Positions 13,940 through 26,839 of a stretch of 64,000 bases of DNA are shown piece after piece. The translations under genes and the position numbers were made by a program. The notes under the pieces are model-generated. The model saw nothing but the letters and a program-made list of their open reading frames with translations. It did no database searches and had not been told where the DNA came from. The first letter of the stretch is position 1; each line of letters opens with the position of its first letter. Origin of the DNA: Eledone cirrhosa (lineage: Eukaryota). The stretch is taken from the NCBI GenBank assembly GCA_964016885.1, contig OZ024756.1, positions 26,846,001-26,910,000 on the forward strand. Direction: 5' to 3'.

Positions 13940-14431
13940 GTAAAAGGGATCAGTTTCACATTATTATTGCAGTCATTATCATACCAAAGAAGCATTATCA
14001 GATTGTTGAAATAGAGACATTATGATATTTTCAAAATTATCACTTTTGAATAATCAGTGATCTTTAAAATCACACCATTATGGATTTTTTTTTTTTTTGC
14101 GCATTTATTGAGTACATATACGAGTGTGAATGTGTGTGTGTGTGAATATGTATATAACATGTATATAATATATGTGTGAATGTATGTATATAATATATAT
14201 ATGTGTGTGACTGTGACTATGTATATAGCATATGATACATGTGTATGAATGTATGTATATGATACATATGTGTGTGAATGTATGTATATAATGTAAGTAA
14301 ATACATATGTATGCAAGTCAGGCGCGCGCGTGTGTGTGTGTATGTGTGTGTGTGTATGTGTGTGTGTGTATGTGTGTATATATATATATGTATGTATGTA
14401 TGTATATATATATATATATATGTGTGTAATT

Positions 14432-14517
14432 AAGCTGATGAGCATTTGATTCCAGAGTCGGGCCCAATCGACAGAGATTGAACTTTGAGCTGATCAATCA
14501 TGAAACACGTGTCACAC
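14432..14517 (+). ncRNA. Hammerhead-like motif, same family as 25096-25200; stem I disrupted
   Basis: CTGATGA-gcatttgattccagagtc...gagctgatcaatcat-GAAAC-acgt-GTC. Confidence 0.5.
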
Positions 14518-14835
14518 CTGAATAAACTTAATGAAAATTTGACACCTCGTCCATACTTAATATTACTCTTTGTTTAGTACAACTCTATCAAGTGCTCACT
14601 TTGGTGAACCAACAGTAATTTGATATTACAATCCTTAAACTACATATATATATATATATATACAATACATAAACAGAGAAAGCCTTAAGCGATACTCCGA
14701 CCAACTCCATCAACAAACATTAGGATATACTTAAGTATTATCCCATTTTAGTGTTTGGGGTGCTAACTAATCAGTATTTCGTGGATAATTGGTTGTATTA
14801 TTTTATACGAGACATTATTAAATAAATATCTCATT

Positions 14836-14879
<44 letters not shown>

Positions 14880-15088
14880 CAAGTTTATATATGTATTCTA
14901 ATGAAAAAAAGAAAAAAAAAAGACATTTAAAAAAAGACAAAAAAAGACATTAAAAAAAAAAAGCCTGACAAAATACAGAAAAAGACATGAGAGAGAGAGA
15001 GAGAGGAAGAGAGAAGCAAGAAGGAAAGGAATAAAGAGTTGATGCTGCACTTTTTTTTTTGTGAGTTTTTTTTTTTCTTGCTGTTGAT

Positions 15089-15415
15089 TTATATAGTCCT
15101 GTCTGAAGCTAACTCTCCTGCAATGGAGGCAGTATCAGCCGATGTGCTCTCCACTTTCACATATGTCTGCATCAATTGCTGTATCTCCTCCCAGAGAGGC
15201 TCACACAGTTTCTGGTAGCCAGCTCTTGTGAAGTGTAAGTAGTCGTACATGTCATGGTGGCTAATTGTTCCATTCACAGGATGCACAAACAACTGCTCAT
15301 CAACATGCAAATAGCTGGTGTTCGGCACTGATGACACCTTTGTTGACAACATCTTGTTGATCTGCTTAATTTTGTCTCTTAGTGGGTTTGGAAACTTACC
15401 CCGTGGTGGGATACC
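15089..15415 (-). CDS. PAFAH1B2: PAFAH1B2/3-like last coding exon (DxxH catalytic motif)
   Basis: ttcag|GIPPRGKFPNPLR...ISHHDMYDYLHFTRAGY...SDRTI-stop. Joined CDS is 28+30+39+41+108 = 246 aa with all introns in phase 0. Confidence 0.95.
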   Translation of the reverse strand, partial: GIPPRGKFPNPLRDKIKQINKMLSTKVSSVPNTSYLHVDEQLFVHPVNGTISHHDMYDYLHFTRAGYQKLCEPLWEEIQQLMQTYVKVESTSADTASIAGELASDRTI

Positions 15416-15599
15416 CTGAAATGTAAACAAAAAGCTTTTAGAATTTTTGTCTGAATTTATGTGATCAGGGAGATTTTCTGAGAGATATTTTTGAATAAAA
15501 AGGACATCTTATAAACTGTCAAATACAATATATAGATTGACTGATCCAGACTAAACTTAATAGCATAGTGATAAACTTTGATTAAGTGTTAGAGCCAGC

Positions 15600-15634
<35 letters not shown>

Positions 15635-16604
15635 CATCGTTTATCCACCAGTCTTACCAATTGGTAAACAGCCTAACATAAATGGTGTGTGTGTGCGTGT
15701 TTGTTATATATATATATATATATATATACATACATACACCATTTATACATGATGGATAAACAATGATGCAATAAATTAATTAAAGCACTCAACGTTAAAT
15801 AAATCATCCAATGTAGATGTGGTGTCCCATGGTTGGTGGTGCATGCATGGAGCTAAGTATTCATTAAAACGATAGAAGGCCGGACTGGAAAATTTACTTT
15901 AGAATTTTAATTCCACGAAAGCACTATACATATTTCAATGGCTCAGCCTTATCATCCAATCACGATCCAAGATTTAGACGATTTCATCAGGTGTTATTTG
16001 AAAAATTAGACAACAGGATTACATCAAACACAAACAGAACATAGAGGACCGATTTGATTTTGAGACAGCCTGCCAATTCAATGTTATAAGGGGAACACAC
16101 AAGCAGCACTACAAGTACAAACATGACTCAGCATGAATATATTCTGGCCATTGACAATAATCTACTCCGATGATTGGAATGAAGAGTTTAGTGCAAAATT
16201 TCAGAGAGAGAGAGAGAGAGAGTGTGTGTGTCCAATTTAGAATAAAAGCTCTATATCCCTGTTGCAAGAAGCAACTGAAAGGTTGATATCAGGAAGGGCA
16301 TCCAGCTGTAAAAGATGCCAGCATGAAAAAGTTGACATAAAAATAGTGATGACTGGATATGATAGACCCTTGGAGAAGGTAGTAGGGTCCAGAGGCTGAA
16401 ATGTTGCAATTATAATAACCAAGATGTAGATACAACAAGTCCAAATAAATCAGTATATATATCATCATCAGTATTTAATATCCATTTTTCCATGCTAGCA
16501 TGGATTAAACAAGTTGTCCTGTTGTGAGAAATGCCAGATCAGGTTGGATGACAAATGCCTTGCTCATACAGAACTGCTTTTCACTTATATTTTTGGGGAA
16601 CACC

Positions 16605-16639
<35 letters not shown>

Positions 16640-16769
16640 ATATAGAAATGGCCATTCCTATATTAAATATTGTATATACTCTATGTGTTGAGTACTTTAC
16701 TGTGGTTACCCCTGATTGAACCTGACACACACACACACATATATATTCTCAACAAAGGACCTTACTTAC

Positions 16770-16892
16770 CATAACAATTATATTACTTTGAGGTTGTTTC
16801 TCAGCAATTGTCTGTGCAATCTTCATAATTCCATCACAAACCTCTTCAGCAGAGTGTTCATGGTTGTTGGTACCAACCAAAATTACTATTAT
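16770..16892 (-). CDS. PAFAH1B2: PAFAH1B2/3-like coding exon 4 (GTNN motif)
   Basis: ttctag|IIVILVGTNNHEHSAEEVCDGIMKIAQTIAEKQPQSNIIVM|gtaagt; 123 nt. Confidence 0.95.
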
Positions 16893-17547
16893 CTAGAAAA
16901 CAAAACAAAAGAAAATCCTTAACCCCGATTCTGCCAATTCATTCAGGATTGAACAAGATCCCAGGCCTCATTCGCTTACTGAGTAGGGTGGGATTCGACA
17001 GATAGGACCAAGGAAACAATGTTTCCATTGGCTTTTCTAATTGCTAATACTATCTACCAGTTGCAACATGAAATAAAACGTCTAGCTCAAGGATTTAACA
17101 CATTGCCCACTCCGGGTATTGAACTCGCAACCTCACAATTGTGAATCCAATTCTCTAACCAAGAAGCTACATGCTTCAATAATGGTTCCTAATTTTGGCA
17201 CAAGGTCAGCAATTTAGGGAATCATTTACATTGACCTCAATATTTTATTGGTACATTATTTTATAGACCCTAAAAGCATGAAAAACATTGAGCCTGAGCC
17301 AAGAGTGTAAAGATATGTAGCTAAATCCAACAAAATACACATATATATATATATATAACGAAGGAAGTATGGTAAGGAACCAAATGAACCATAACACCAG
17401 AGTACTCGATCCTTTGGGTAGTAGAGTGGGTAATAGGAAAAGAGTCAGGACCCCAATGGCAGAGCTCAAGCCATTTCAACAACTATTTCAGTCCAGAAAT
17501 AGCTGTCGAAACAGCTTGAGCTCTGCCGTCGGGGTTCTGACTCTTTT

Positions 17548-17590
<43 letters not shown>

Positions 17591-17902
17591 GATGTTACTT
17601 GTTCTCTTACTATATACACCATGTGTGATATTTATTTACCTAAATTATCTCTAGGTGTGCTGTTCATATAATTCTACCTCCTGTTGAGAAGCCCTAGGAT
17701 TATCTGACATAGCCACTAATTTATGGCGAAACAAACTATCAGTAGTTTGTCCAGGAGTTTAATAGTTATTGAAATGGTTAGTACATTTTAATTCATTTTT
17801 CTGATTATTATGTATTTTCCGTTTGTTCATAGATTATATGCATTGCACAAAAGTGGTTTTTCAAGCCTTGTAATTCAAAACACACTTCTTTATGTGTTTA
17901 TT

Positions 17903-17949
<47 letters not shown>

Positions 17950-18338
17950 GGTGAAGTCTCTTAAATAGACCCCAGTATGTGACTGGTGGTACATCATCTT
18001 ATAGACTCCAGGAGCATGAAAAACAGATGGTTTTAGATGAACCTGAACTAAGAGTGTAAAGATATGTAAATTGAACAAAATACCTTGTCCAGTACTCTAC
18101 TGGTTCTGCCAATTCATCTATTACCATAACAGTAATAACAATTTCTATTATATATAAAAGACCAAATATTCTATGGGATTTTACAGTCAGTTTTATTGAC
18201 CATGTATATGGCTGGTACTTCCTTGAATAGTAAAGTCAACTCCGGTAAAAATATAGGCTTTAAAAAAATAAAAAAATCCAAATTCTGTTAACTCTTGATT
18301 CTAAACTGCCTGAAACATTACCTCTCAAATTAACTTAC

Positions 18339-18455
18339 CTTTGGCTGAATGTCGTTCAGTTCTCCATTACATACCCTCCATAGCAGGTTCTGTGTTTGGT
18401 CCCCTCCGATACTGAAGTTCAATGAATGCAAGGGTTCAAACATCTTGGACCACAC
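18339..18455 (-). CDS. PAFAH1B2: PAFAH1B2/3-like coding exon 3
   Basis: ttcag|VWSKMFEPLHSLNFSIGGDQTQNLLWRVCNGELNDIQPK|gtaagt; 117 nt. Confidence 0.95.
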
Positions 18456-18829
18456 CTGAAATTGGGGGAAAAGTAATGTAAAATGAGAGAGCGAGGATTT
18501 GTTTTCTTACACTTTAGTTAAGGAGAGAAAAGGTGGAGCACACGATCCTATTCAAGGCCTCTAAGAGAAGAGTTCTGGTATAATTACAGGAGGAAAGGTT
18601 CACCCATTCCTTTTTTGCAGTGTCTTAGACCGAGGTAAGAGAGGAAGAACTCTTAGTTTTGAATGCTGGCCAGAGTGGGTTTTGTGAAAGACTATTTAAA
18701 AAAAAAAAAGTCATTCTTGATCGAAGGGAGTCTTTATCTTTACCTTAAAACATTTCCACATACTCTGATATAAGAACATTTAAATGTTATATTACAAATG
18801 CAACAAATGCCATCTTAATAAGGATTTCT

Positions 18830-19020
18830 ACTATAGGCACAAGGCCAGCAATTTTTGGGGGAGGGTAAAGTCGATTAAGTCGACACCCAGTGCATTACTG
18901 GTGCTTTATTTAATCAACCTCAAAAGGATGAAAGGTAAAGCTAATCTCGGCAGGATTTGAACTTGATCCATAAAGGGACGTAACTATGCTGCAAAGCATG
19001 GCGTCCGACCCTCTACCAAT
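18830..19020 (-). mobile_element. Main-family SINE
   Basis: Same A/B boxes and body as the other copies. Confidence 0.8.
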
Positions 19021-20195
19021 AATGTTATAATTTTAGTAGATTCTTCAAATGTTTCACTTACAATGTCTTTCATTAGAAATATGGTAAAGAAAGGGTTTTA
19101 AAATGTTCAATTGTTCGTAGATCACACCACATTGAAGACTGGTGCAATCTCAACATTCAGTTTTAAGACACTTGTTTCCTTTTATAGATTAAGTTTTATT
19201 ACATTTATAATTTTTAAAGAATTTTTTAATTTTTAAAAATGTTTTTAATAAAATCAATTTTTTTCATCATGTTTCTATTAAATTAAATTCTTTCATGTTT
19301 TGTATCAAATCAATATTTCCATGTCTGTATTGAATGCATTTTTTTTTTCAATGAATTTTAATTTCTTTAATCAATTTTCATTGAATTTCTGCAATGTTTT
19401 GTGTGTTTATAAAAAGAAACAGCTATCGCCCCTCCCTTGCCCCTTCTTCAGAATATGATTGGCTGAGGAGAATTTTGATATTTTGCCCCTTGACTTAGGT
19501 TCATCTTGATTATCAATCAAATTCTTTAACTCTTGATACCAACTCCTCCCTACCATAAACCACATCTGCTTCTATGGAACAAAGCCAACCATTTTAAAGG
19601 GTTCATATTTCAATTAAAATCTTCCAATATATTATTATGGTTTGTTAATTACAAATATTCATTGTTTTTCTTAATCTTTTGTTAGGAAAGAATAACAGTA
19701 TTAAATAAAAAAACAAAAACACTCTTGTGGACACGACCAGAAGAAGATCCCTTTCCTAAATGAATAGAGCAGACTTTTATTAATTTTATTGGAAAACATT
19801 AACTAAAACACAAGTTATATCCATTGCCTTGTATGATAAAAGTTTCATTCTTAATAGCCTGGGTCCATAAGCTGGAAATATATTCACAATTTAGCCCACT
19901 TCTTCCAAAGGTTTTCTGGTCTCTGTTATAAATAAATTAATCCTTTCCCAGTTTATTTGATTGTTCCAGAACTAGAAAAATTAAATACTTTCAACACTAT
20001 TGCAGTCATTATTGATAACACTGGTCCACTAGTCCTGGTATATACTAATTTCGGTATATACCAATCCTGGACTCCCAAATATTAAATACATTCAATGCTA
20101 TTGCAGTCATTATTGATGGCACTGGATCATTCCAAATAAACAAACCAATCATTAATTAATTAATTCAGTTGTTTCACTTTCTAGTGCTGACCTAC

Positions 20196-20285
20196 CTCAG
20201 TCTGGGCAAGATGTTGAAATATGGAATCTCCAATAAACAAAACATCTGGTTCCTTCTCCACAGACTCACTAAGGAATCTTTCATG
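20196..20285 (-). CDS. PAFAH1B2: PAFAH1B2/3-like coding exon 2 (GDS nucleophile motif)
   Basis: ttttcag|HERFLSESVEKEPDVLFIGDSIFQHLAQTE|gtaggt; 90 nt; matches the family motif EPDVLFVGDS. Confidence 0.95.
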
Positions 20286-22802
20286 CTGAAAAACAAAAAA
20301 GTTGACAAATGCCAGACATTAGTAAATATTTGATGGAATTTTCAGTTTTCTGGAAGACACAGTAAAATGTAGAATAATATCTAATCTAATTTGGCCGAGT
20401 TTACACTCGCAAATAAGAAGAACCAGGGCCACTCCTAGGAGCATTGGATTTGGTGTACTTCATATTTGTTTCAGTTCCTGAATACAATCAGGGGTCGCTG
20501 TTTCTCCTGAAGGTCAATAGTTCTCTAACTCGAGAGGGAGCGCCTTTCCATTGTCAATTTGCATTGATCATCTGCAAAACCGCATTGTTCTCAGAACCAC
20601 TACACCAGTCTTTTGATGTGTGCAGCTGGAACTGCTGCCACCCATTGATTTGGCAAGATTAAAAAAATTTTGTTTTTAGATGATCGTTGACTCTTATGAG
20701 TTCTTCCGCCCTTTGTCAGATTTTGTTTTTTGTCCTGCAGGGTGTCCAAAATCACTCTCCTCACCAAGTAAACTTGGTGGGGTTGCTAGTTTAGTCACCG
20801 ACGACCTGACCGTGCGACAGGCTGTACTGGGTTACATGCTACTTGTAGCACTCAAGAGTGACCTGACATAGACTAATAGAATAATAGGGATGGTTATATA
20901 GAACAATAAAACAAGGCAATGTAGCAAAAATAGTCCATTTGGCATTTTGTGGCAAGTATGGGTTTGACGGAGCAGAAAAATGGTACAAACATTAACCCGG
21001 GGGCATTATCAAAAGTGATAATCCAAATATTCTGTAATACAGTGAGACCATTAGATGGAGTGTGGGAAACTGCATTGTTTCTTTCCAAGGACTATGTTTG
21101 GTCATTCCATGAGAGTATCTTGGCCAGCCTATGGACTTTTCAGCTGACCTTCAAGCCTCGTGTGTGTGTGTGCGTGTGTGCGCGTGTGCGTGTGCGTGCG
21201 TGCGTGCGCGCGTGGTGTGTGGTGTGTGTGTGGTGTGTGTGGTGTGTGTGGTGTGTGGTGTGTTGTGTGTGTGGTGTGTTGTGTGTTGTGTGTGTGGTGT
21301 GTTGTGTGTTGTGTGTGTGGTGTGTGGTGTGTGGTGTGTGTGTTGTGGTGTGTGTGTGGTGTGTGTGTGTGTGGTGTGTGTGTGGTGTGTGTGTGTGGTG
21401 TGTGTGTGTGGTGTGTGTGGTGTGTGTGTGGTGTGTTGTGTGGTGTGTGGTGTGTTGTGTGTGTGTTGTGTGTTGTGTGTGTGTGTGTTGTGTCTGGTGT
21501 GTGTGTGGTGTGTGGTAAATTTCATTCATTCAAAGTCAAAAAGATAGTTACAACACCCAAGTGTTGATAGAGGAGAGGGGAGAGATAAGGAGAGAGAGGA
21601 GAGACAGGGGTGGAGAGAGAGGAGAGACAGAGGTTGACAGAGAGGGTGAGTGGGAGTGAGAGATGGGGAGACACAGAGGGAGTGAGAGATGGAGACAGAG
21701 ATGGGTGAGTGAGTGAGTGAGGGGGTGAGTGAGTGAGTGAGGGAGGGAGATAGAGAGAAAAAGGGAGCCATAGAGAGGGAGAGAAAGGGGTTGACAGAGA
21801 GCGAGAGGGAGTGAAAGAGATGGGGAGACAGAGAGGGAGTGAGAGATGGAGAGAGAGGGGAGAGGAAGGGTGATAGAGAAAAAGAGCCAGAGAGGGAGAG
21901 AAAGGGGTTGACAGAGAGAGAGAGAGGGAGAGAAAGGGGTTGACAGAGAGAGAAAGGGAGAGAAAGGGGTTGACAGAGAGAGAGAGAGCTTGACAGATTT
22001 AATTAATATAAACTAAGGCAAAAAAATGAATGTCAGATGAAACAAAAGTATGACATATGAAACAAGCCTGTTGAACAATTGAAATTGTAAACATTTTATG
22101 TGTGGGGGATTGTTGAAGAGATTTACAAGTGAAATAACTGAGGAGACCTGGAAATACTAGTAACAAAAACAAGAGGGGTGAGGGTTAAATTATCGCCATG
22201 TTTTTTTTTAGCATGACATACTTCTAAAGTGTTGCCTTATTATTTATACTAATGACCAATGACAACTACATAGACACAGACATGTTCACAGACACACACA
22301 CAGGTTCACAGACACACACATACATATGCTCTCTCTCACACACACACACACACATGTTCACAGACACACATGCTCTCACAGGTTCAGAGAGACACACACA
22401 CAGATTTACAGACACAGGTTCATACACATGCTCACACATACAAACATACATGCTCCCTCCCTTTCACCCACAGGTTCTTACACATGCCCATACGTACACA
22501 CACAAACACAGGTTCTTACACATGCCCATACGTACACACAAACACATGCTCCCACACAGACACACACAAATGTGCTCTCACACATGTTCCTCCACACACA
22601 CACACTCCTAGACACAGGTTCAAGAAACGAAGCCAGAAACAGTTGTGTATGAGCAAGACATGGTCATCTGACCTGATTTGTCCAACAGTGGGACAACTCG
22701 TCTAACCCATGCTAGAGTGGAAAAATGGACGTTAAATGATGATGATGACGTAAATATGCATTTTGTTTGTGTCCAGACTCTAGCCCCCCCCCCCCCCCGT
22801 GT

Positions 22803-22887
<85 letters not shown>

Positions 22888-23370
22888 GCATGTACGTTTG
22901 AGAAAAAAGTTTTGGTTATCTTTTTACTTTTAGAAAAATTAACAATAGCAGTAAAGTCTAAAAAGTTAATGAAACAAATCAAGAAGAAATACAAAAATCT
23001 ACAACAATAAAAAATAACCCACCCCCACCCCACCGCCTCCCACACTCGGAGGCCATCCCAGTAAGCCGAAGGTTTGACAGTTGGCCAGTTGGCAACCAAA
23101 AGACAACAACTGTAACACTCTCAAGGTTAACAGAATGTAATGACAACACATGGTAAAGAAAATAGAACAGAAATTAATTTAGAATGTATGTTAATATATA
23201 TTCAGAAGGGTGAAAGCAGCGATTCTTTGCTTAAATTTTAATCTGTTATTTTAATAAATATTTGCTCTATGGTTTTTATATATTTTGATGTATATATTAT
23301 CCTTATTGAGCCCTCTTCGGATTTTAGTCTTCACATTTATTATTATTACTATATATAACATACATTCTAA

Positions 23371-23409
<39 letters not shown>

Positions 23410-23640
23410 GAAACACACAGATACATGCGGACACACACATATATACATGAATGCATCCGCACCCAACTGTGAGTTAAGGGTGCCAACTTCACCGATGTTG
23501 CTCAATGAATGACTGGGACAGACCAATTCAGTTTGAACCAGACTGAACCAGTATCAGAGTTAAAAATACATTATGAAGAGAGAAGAAACATTTAGATATA
23601 ATTAGTAATAAAATGTATCATACCTAAACTGCTCCTAAAT

Positions 23641-23728
23641 TCCTCGACTACGTAGTTTCGTGGCATAAACAAAAACAATATATCAAAGATATAGAGTCCT
23701 TGCGAGGTCTGCCAACTTATCAAGAGGA
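23641..23728 (-). ncRNA. Type I hammerhead ribozyme, U3-A8 variant (copy 1)
   Basis: tcctc-TTGATAA-gttggca...tgccac-GAAAC-tacgta-GTC-gagga. Confidence 0.8.
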
Positions 23729-24231
23729 TACCTCATTTTACTAGTCTCAAGAACGCGTCTGCACGACGTGAGAAAGAATCCCAAAAGGCGGAGGGGGAGA
23801 TAGTCACGCGATATAACGGTCGAGAAACAGAGCTAAGCCTCTTATAACCACGAAGAAAATACCACGGAGGCGGAGGGGGTATTCATATCGAGGCCGTAGA
23901 AGAGGTAGTGAAGAAGGCGAGAAGTATGAGTAATGGAAGCTTTCCAGTTGTCCCCACACTTCAAAGATTGCTCGACCAGAGGGAGTTATTAATATATTTA
24001 GAAACACACAGATACATGCGGACACACACATATATACATGAATGCATCCGCACCCAACTGTGAGTTAAGGGTGCCAACTTCACCGATGTTGCTCAATGAA
24101 TGACTGGGACAGACCAATTCAGTTTGAACCAGACTGAACCAGTATCAGAGTTAAAAATACATTATGAAGAGAGAAGAAACATTTAGATATAATTAGTAAT
24201 AAAATGTATCATACCTAAACTGCTCCTAAAT

Positions 24232-24319
24232 TCCTCGACTACGTAGTTTCGTGGCATAAACAAAAACAATATATCAAAGATATAGAGTCCTTGCGAGGTC
24301 TGCCAACTTATCAAGAGGA
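24232..24319 (-). ncRNA. Type I hammerhead ribozyme, U3-A8 variant (copy 2)
   Basis: Identical to copy 1, 591 nt away. Confidence 0.8.
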
Positions 24320-24432
24320 TACCTCATTTTACTAGTCTCAAGCGTTATATCGCGTGACTATCTCCCCCTCCGCCTTTTGGGATTCTTTCTCACGTCGTGC
24401 AGACGCGTTCTTGAGACTAGTAAAATGAGGTA

Positions 24433-24520
24433 TCCTCTTGATAAGTTGGCAGACCTCGCAAGGACTCTATATCTTTGATATATTGTTTTTGTTTATGCCA
24501 CGAAACTACGTAGTCGAGGA
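24433..24520 (+). ncRNA. Type I hammerhead ribozyme, U3-A8 variant (inverted copy)
   Basis: Same sequence on the plus strand within the inverted arm. Confidence 0.8.
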
Positions 24521-24586
24521 ATTTAGGAGCAGTTTAGGTATGATACATTTTATTACTAATTATATCTAAATGTTTCTTCTCTCTTC

Positions 24587-24617
<31 letters not shown>

Positions 24618-24623
<6 letters not shown>

Positions 24624-24997
24624 GTTTCTACTTTTGGCACAAGGCCAGCAATTACCCAGTGTATTACTGGTACTTTATTTTATCGACCCCGTAAGGATGA
24701 AAGGCAAAGTCAACCTCGGCGGGATTTGAACTCAGATGGTAAAGGGACGTAACTATGCTGGAAAGCATGGCGTCCGACCCTCTACCGATACTGCCAATCC
24801 ACCGATAATAATTGTTTCTACTTTTGGCACAAGGCCAGCAATTATCCCAGTGTATTACTGGTACTTTATTTTATCGACCCCGTAAGGATGAAAGGTAAAG
24901 TTAACCTCAGCAGGATTTGAACTCAGACCATAAAGGGCCGTAACTCTTTGCTGCAAAGCGCGGCGCCCGACCCTCTACCGATACTGCCAATCCACCG

Positions 24998-24998
<1 letters not shown>
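24618..24998 (-). mobile_element. Two tandem main-family SINEs
   Basis: Two near-identical ~185-bp units between (TA)n tracts. Confidence 0.85.
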
Positions 24999-25042
<44 letters not shown>

Positions 25043-25095
25043 TAATAATAATAATACAAGGACGAGTGGTTACTCCTCCATTACGTTTATTGGTT

Positions 25096-25200
25096 GGTGA
25101 CGCGCGTTTCATTACTGATCAGCTCATGGTTCGATCTGTATCGATCTGTATCGATCTGTATTGATCTGGCCAGACTCTGGAATCAAAAGCTCGTCAGACC
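25096..25200 (-). ncRNA. Type I hammerhead-like motif with extended domain II
   Basis: ggt-CTGACGA-gcttttgattccagagtc...gagctgatcagtaat-GAAAC-gcgc-GTC-acc; closure of stem II is irregular. Confidence 0.6.
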
Positions 25201-26039
25201 TCTGTAGTAGTAATGACAGAATGATATATATATATAAAACAAAGAGGGTGTGGTAAGATACCAGGTGAACCATAACGCATCAGAGTACTCAATACTTTGG
25301 GTAGTAGAGTGAGTAATATGAAAAGAGTCAGGATCCCGACGGCTGAACTCCGGCCGTTTTGATAGAAACGGCCACCAGTTTCTCTGTAAGCAAAACGTGG
25401 TCATATCATCTGATCTGACATGTCCCATCACAACGGGACAACTTATCTAACCCATGCTAGCATGGAAAATAGATTTAAACCAGTGATGATAAAGATGATG
25501 ATTGCAGTATTGGTGTAGTAATAGTGGCAATGGTGAGAATGTTGGTATTTTTGGTAATCATCTATTAAATAGAACCTGCAATTTGTTTTATATTGTACAC
25601 TGGAACCATTTCGCTACCTCCTTCTCTCTTGCCCTCCCCATTCCTCTATTATATGCAAATGGGAGTCCACATGCTGGCCACCCCACAGTCCTGGCAGACA
25701 GAATAGAGAAGGCATTTCCCAGGAAGATGGTGAGGGAGAAGCATTGGAAGTGCTATCCCAGCTCACAGGACGCACACCTGCAGGTAGCCAACTCTGTGCT
25801 GATGGTGGTGGGAAGGGAGGTGGTTCTAGGGCCAAGGACACCAGAAGTTTCCACTGCTATGGGCTCGACCGCAAACCTGTCAGAGAGCAACCAATATTAG
25901 AGAGAAGATACTAGCAACAGGATTAACTACTGGTCTTTCAGGTGGAAAAAAAAAACTAAAAAAAGGTCAATCTTGACTGGACAGTTCAATGGAGGAGGCT
26001 TTATTTCTAAATCCTGAGTAATACCAATGGCCTAAAAAA

Positions 26040-26337
26040 GAGGTTCTCAAACTTTTTGTACCACTGCCCTCCTCACAGTCATGTAATAAACTCAGCACCT
26101 CCCAATCCTATTTCCAGAGAGACCTGCCTACATGTGAATTATACATAATATATAATAAATAAAACCGTTACTTTATATATAATAAATAATATAATATATA
26201 CTATGTATAAATAAATATTATATATTTTACTATATAAATATAATATGTATCATTTGATATTTAATATACTATTACATCATCTTTACCACTCCCCTCTGCC
26301 CCCTGGGGTACAGTAGCGACCACTTTGAGAACCTCTG
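26040..26337. mobile_element. hAT-type MITE
   Basis: TIRs gaggttctcaaa / tttgagaacctctg around an AT-rich interior. Confidence 0.7.
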
Positions 26338-26839
26338 GCCCAGAATATAAACATGACGAGGAATGAGAAACAAATTAATTGAAACAGAAAAGATGTAAAT
26401 TAGAAGAAAAAATAAGAGTTTCATCTCAAAAGATGAGGCTAAATAGTCTGTAACAATCGCATTAACAACTTATCTCATATTTGGACATATAATCAATATA
26501 TGGATGTTTAGGTCAAAATAAGATGTACATACATAAACACAAATACATCATCATCATCACCGTTTTACGTCCGTTCTTCCACGCTAGCATGGGTTTGACG
26601 GGTTGTCCTGTTGTGTGCAGTGTCTGGTCGGCTGACCATGCCTTGCTCATACAGGAACTGATCTGGCTTGATTTCTACAGCTGGATGCCCTTCCTAACAC
26701 CAACCTCATTTACAGTGAGTGCTGGGTGCTTTTTCGTGGCGCCTACACGTCCACTTTACAGTGTGGGCTGGGTGCTTTTTTGCCGTGGCACCTCCACGAC
26801 CACCTTGCGGTGGGGGGGGGGGCATATTGTTTATATGCT

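Larger units (their letters stand above)
23401..24591 (-). mobile_element. Retrozyme/PLE-like non-coding element: 351-bp direct repeats (591-bp period) plus an inverted partial copy, flanked by (TA)n
   Basis: 23401-23751 = 23992-24342; 24343-24591 = reverse complement of 23570-23818; each copy carries an HHR. Confidence 0.9.

Noticed and set aside
15392-15400. GGTAAGT donor-like site inside the last exon
   Set aside because: It lies in conserved coding sequence (PRGK); using it would remove the catalytic Asp/His, and no downstream exon was found.
15975-15995. CTGATGAAATCGTC on the minus strand in intron 4
   Set aside because: No room for stem II and no stem I pairing.
23804-24031. 75-aa ORF in the 591-bp unit
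   Set aside because: No recognisable motif, and the length is expected by chance.
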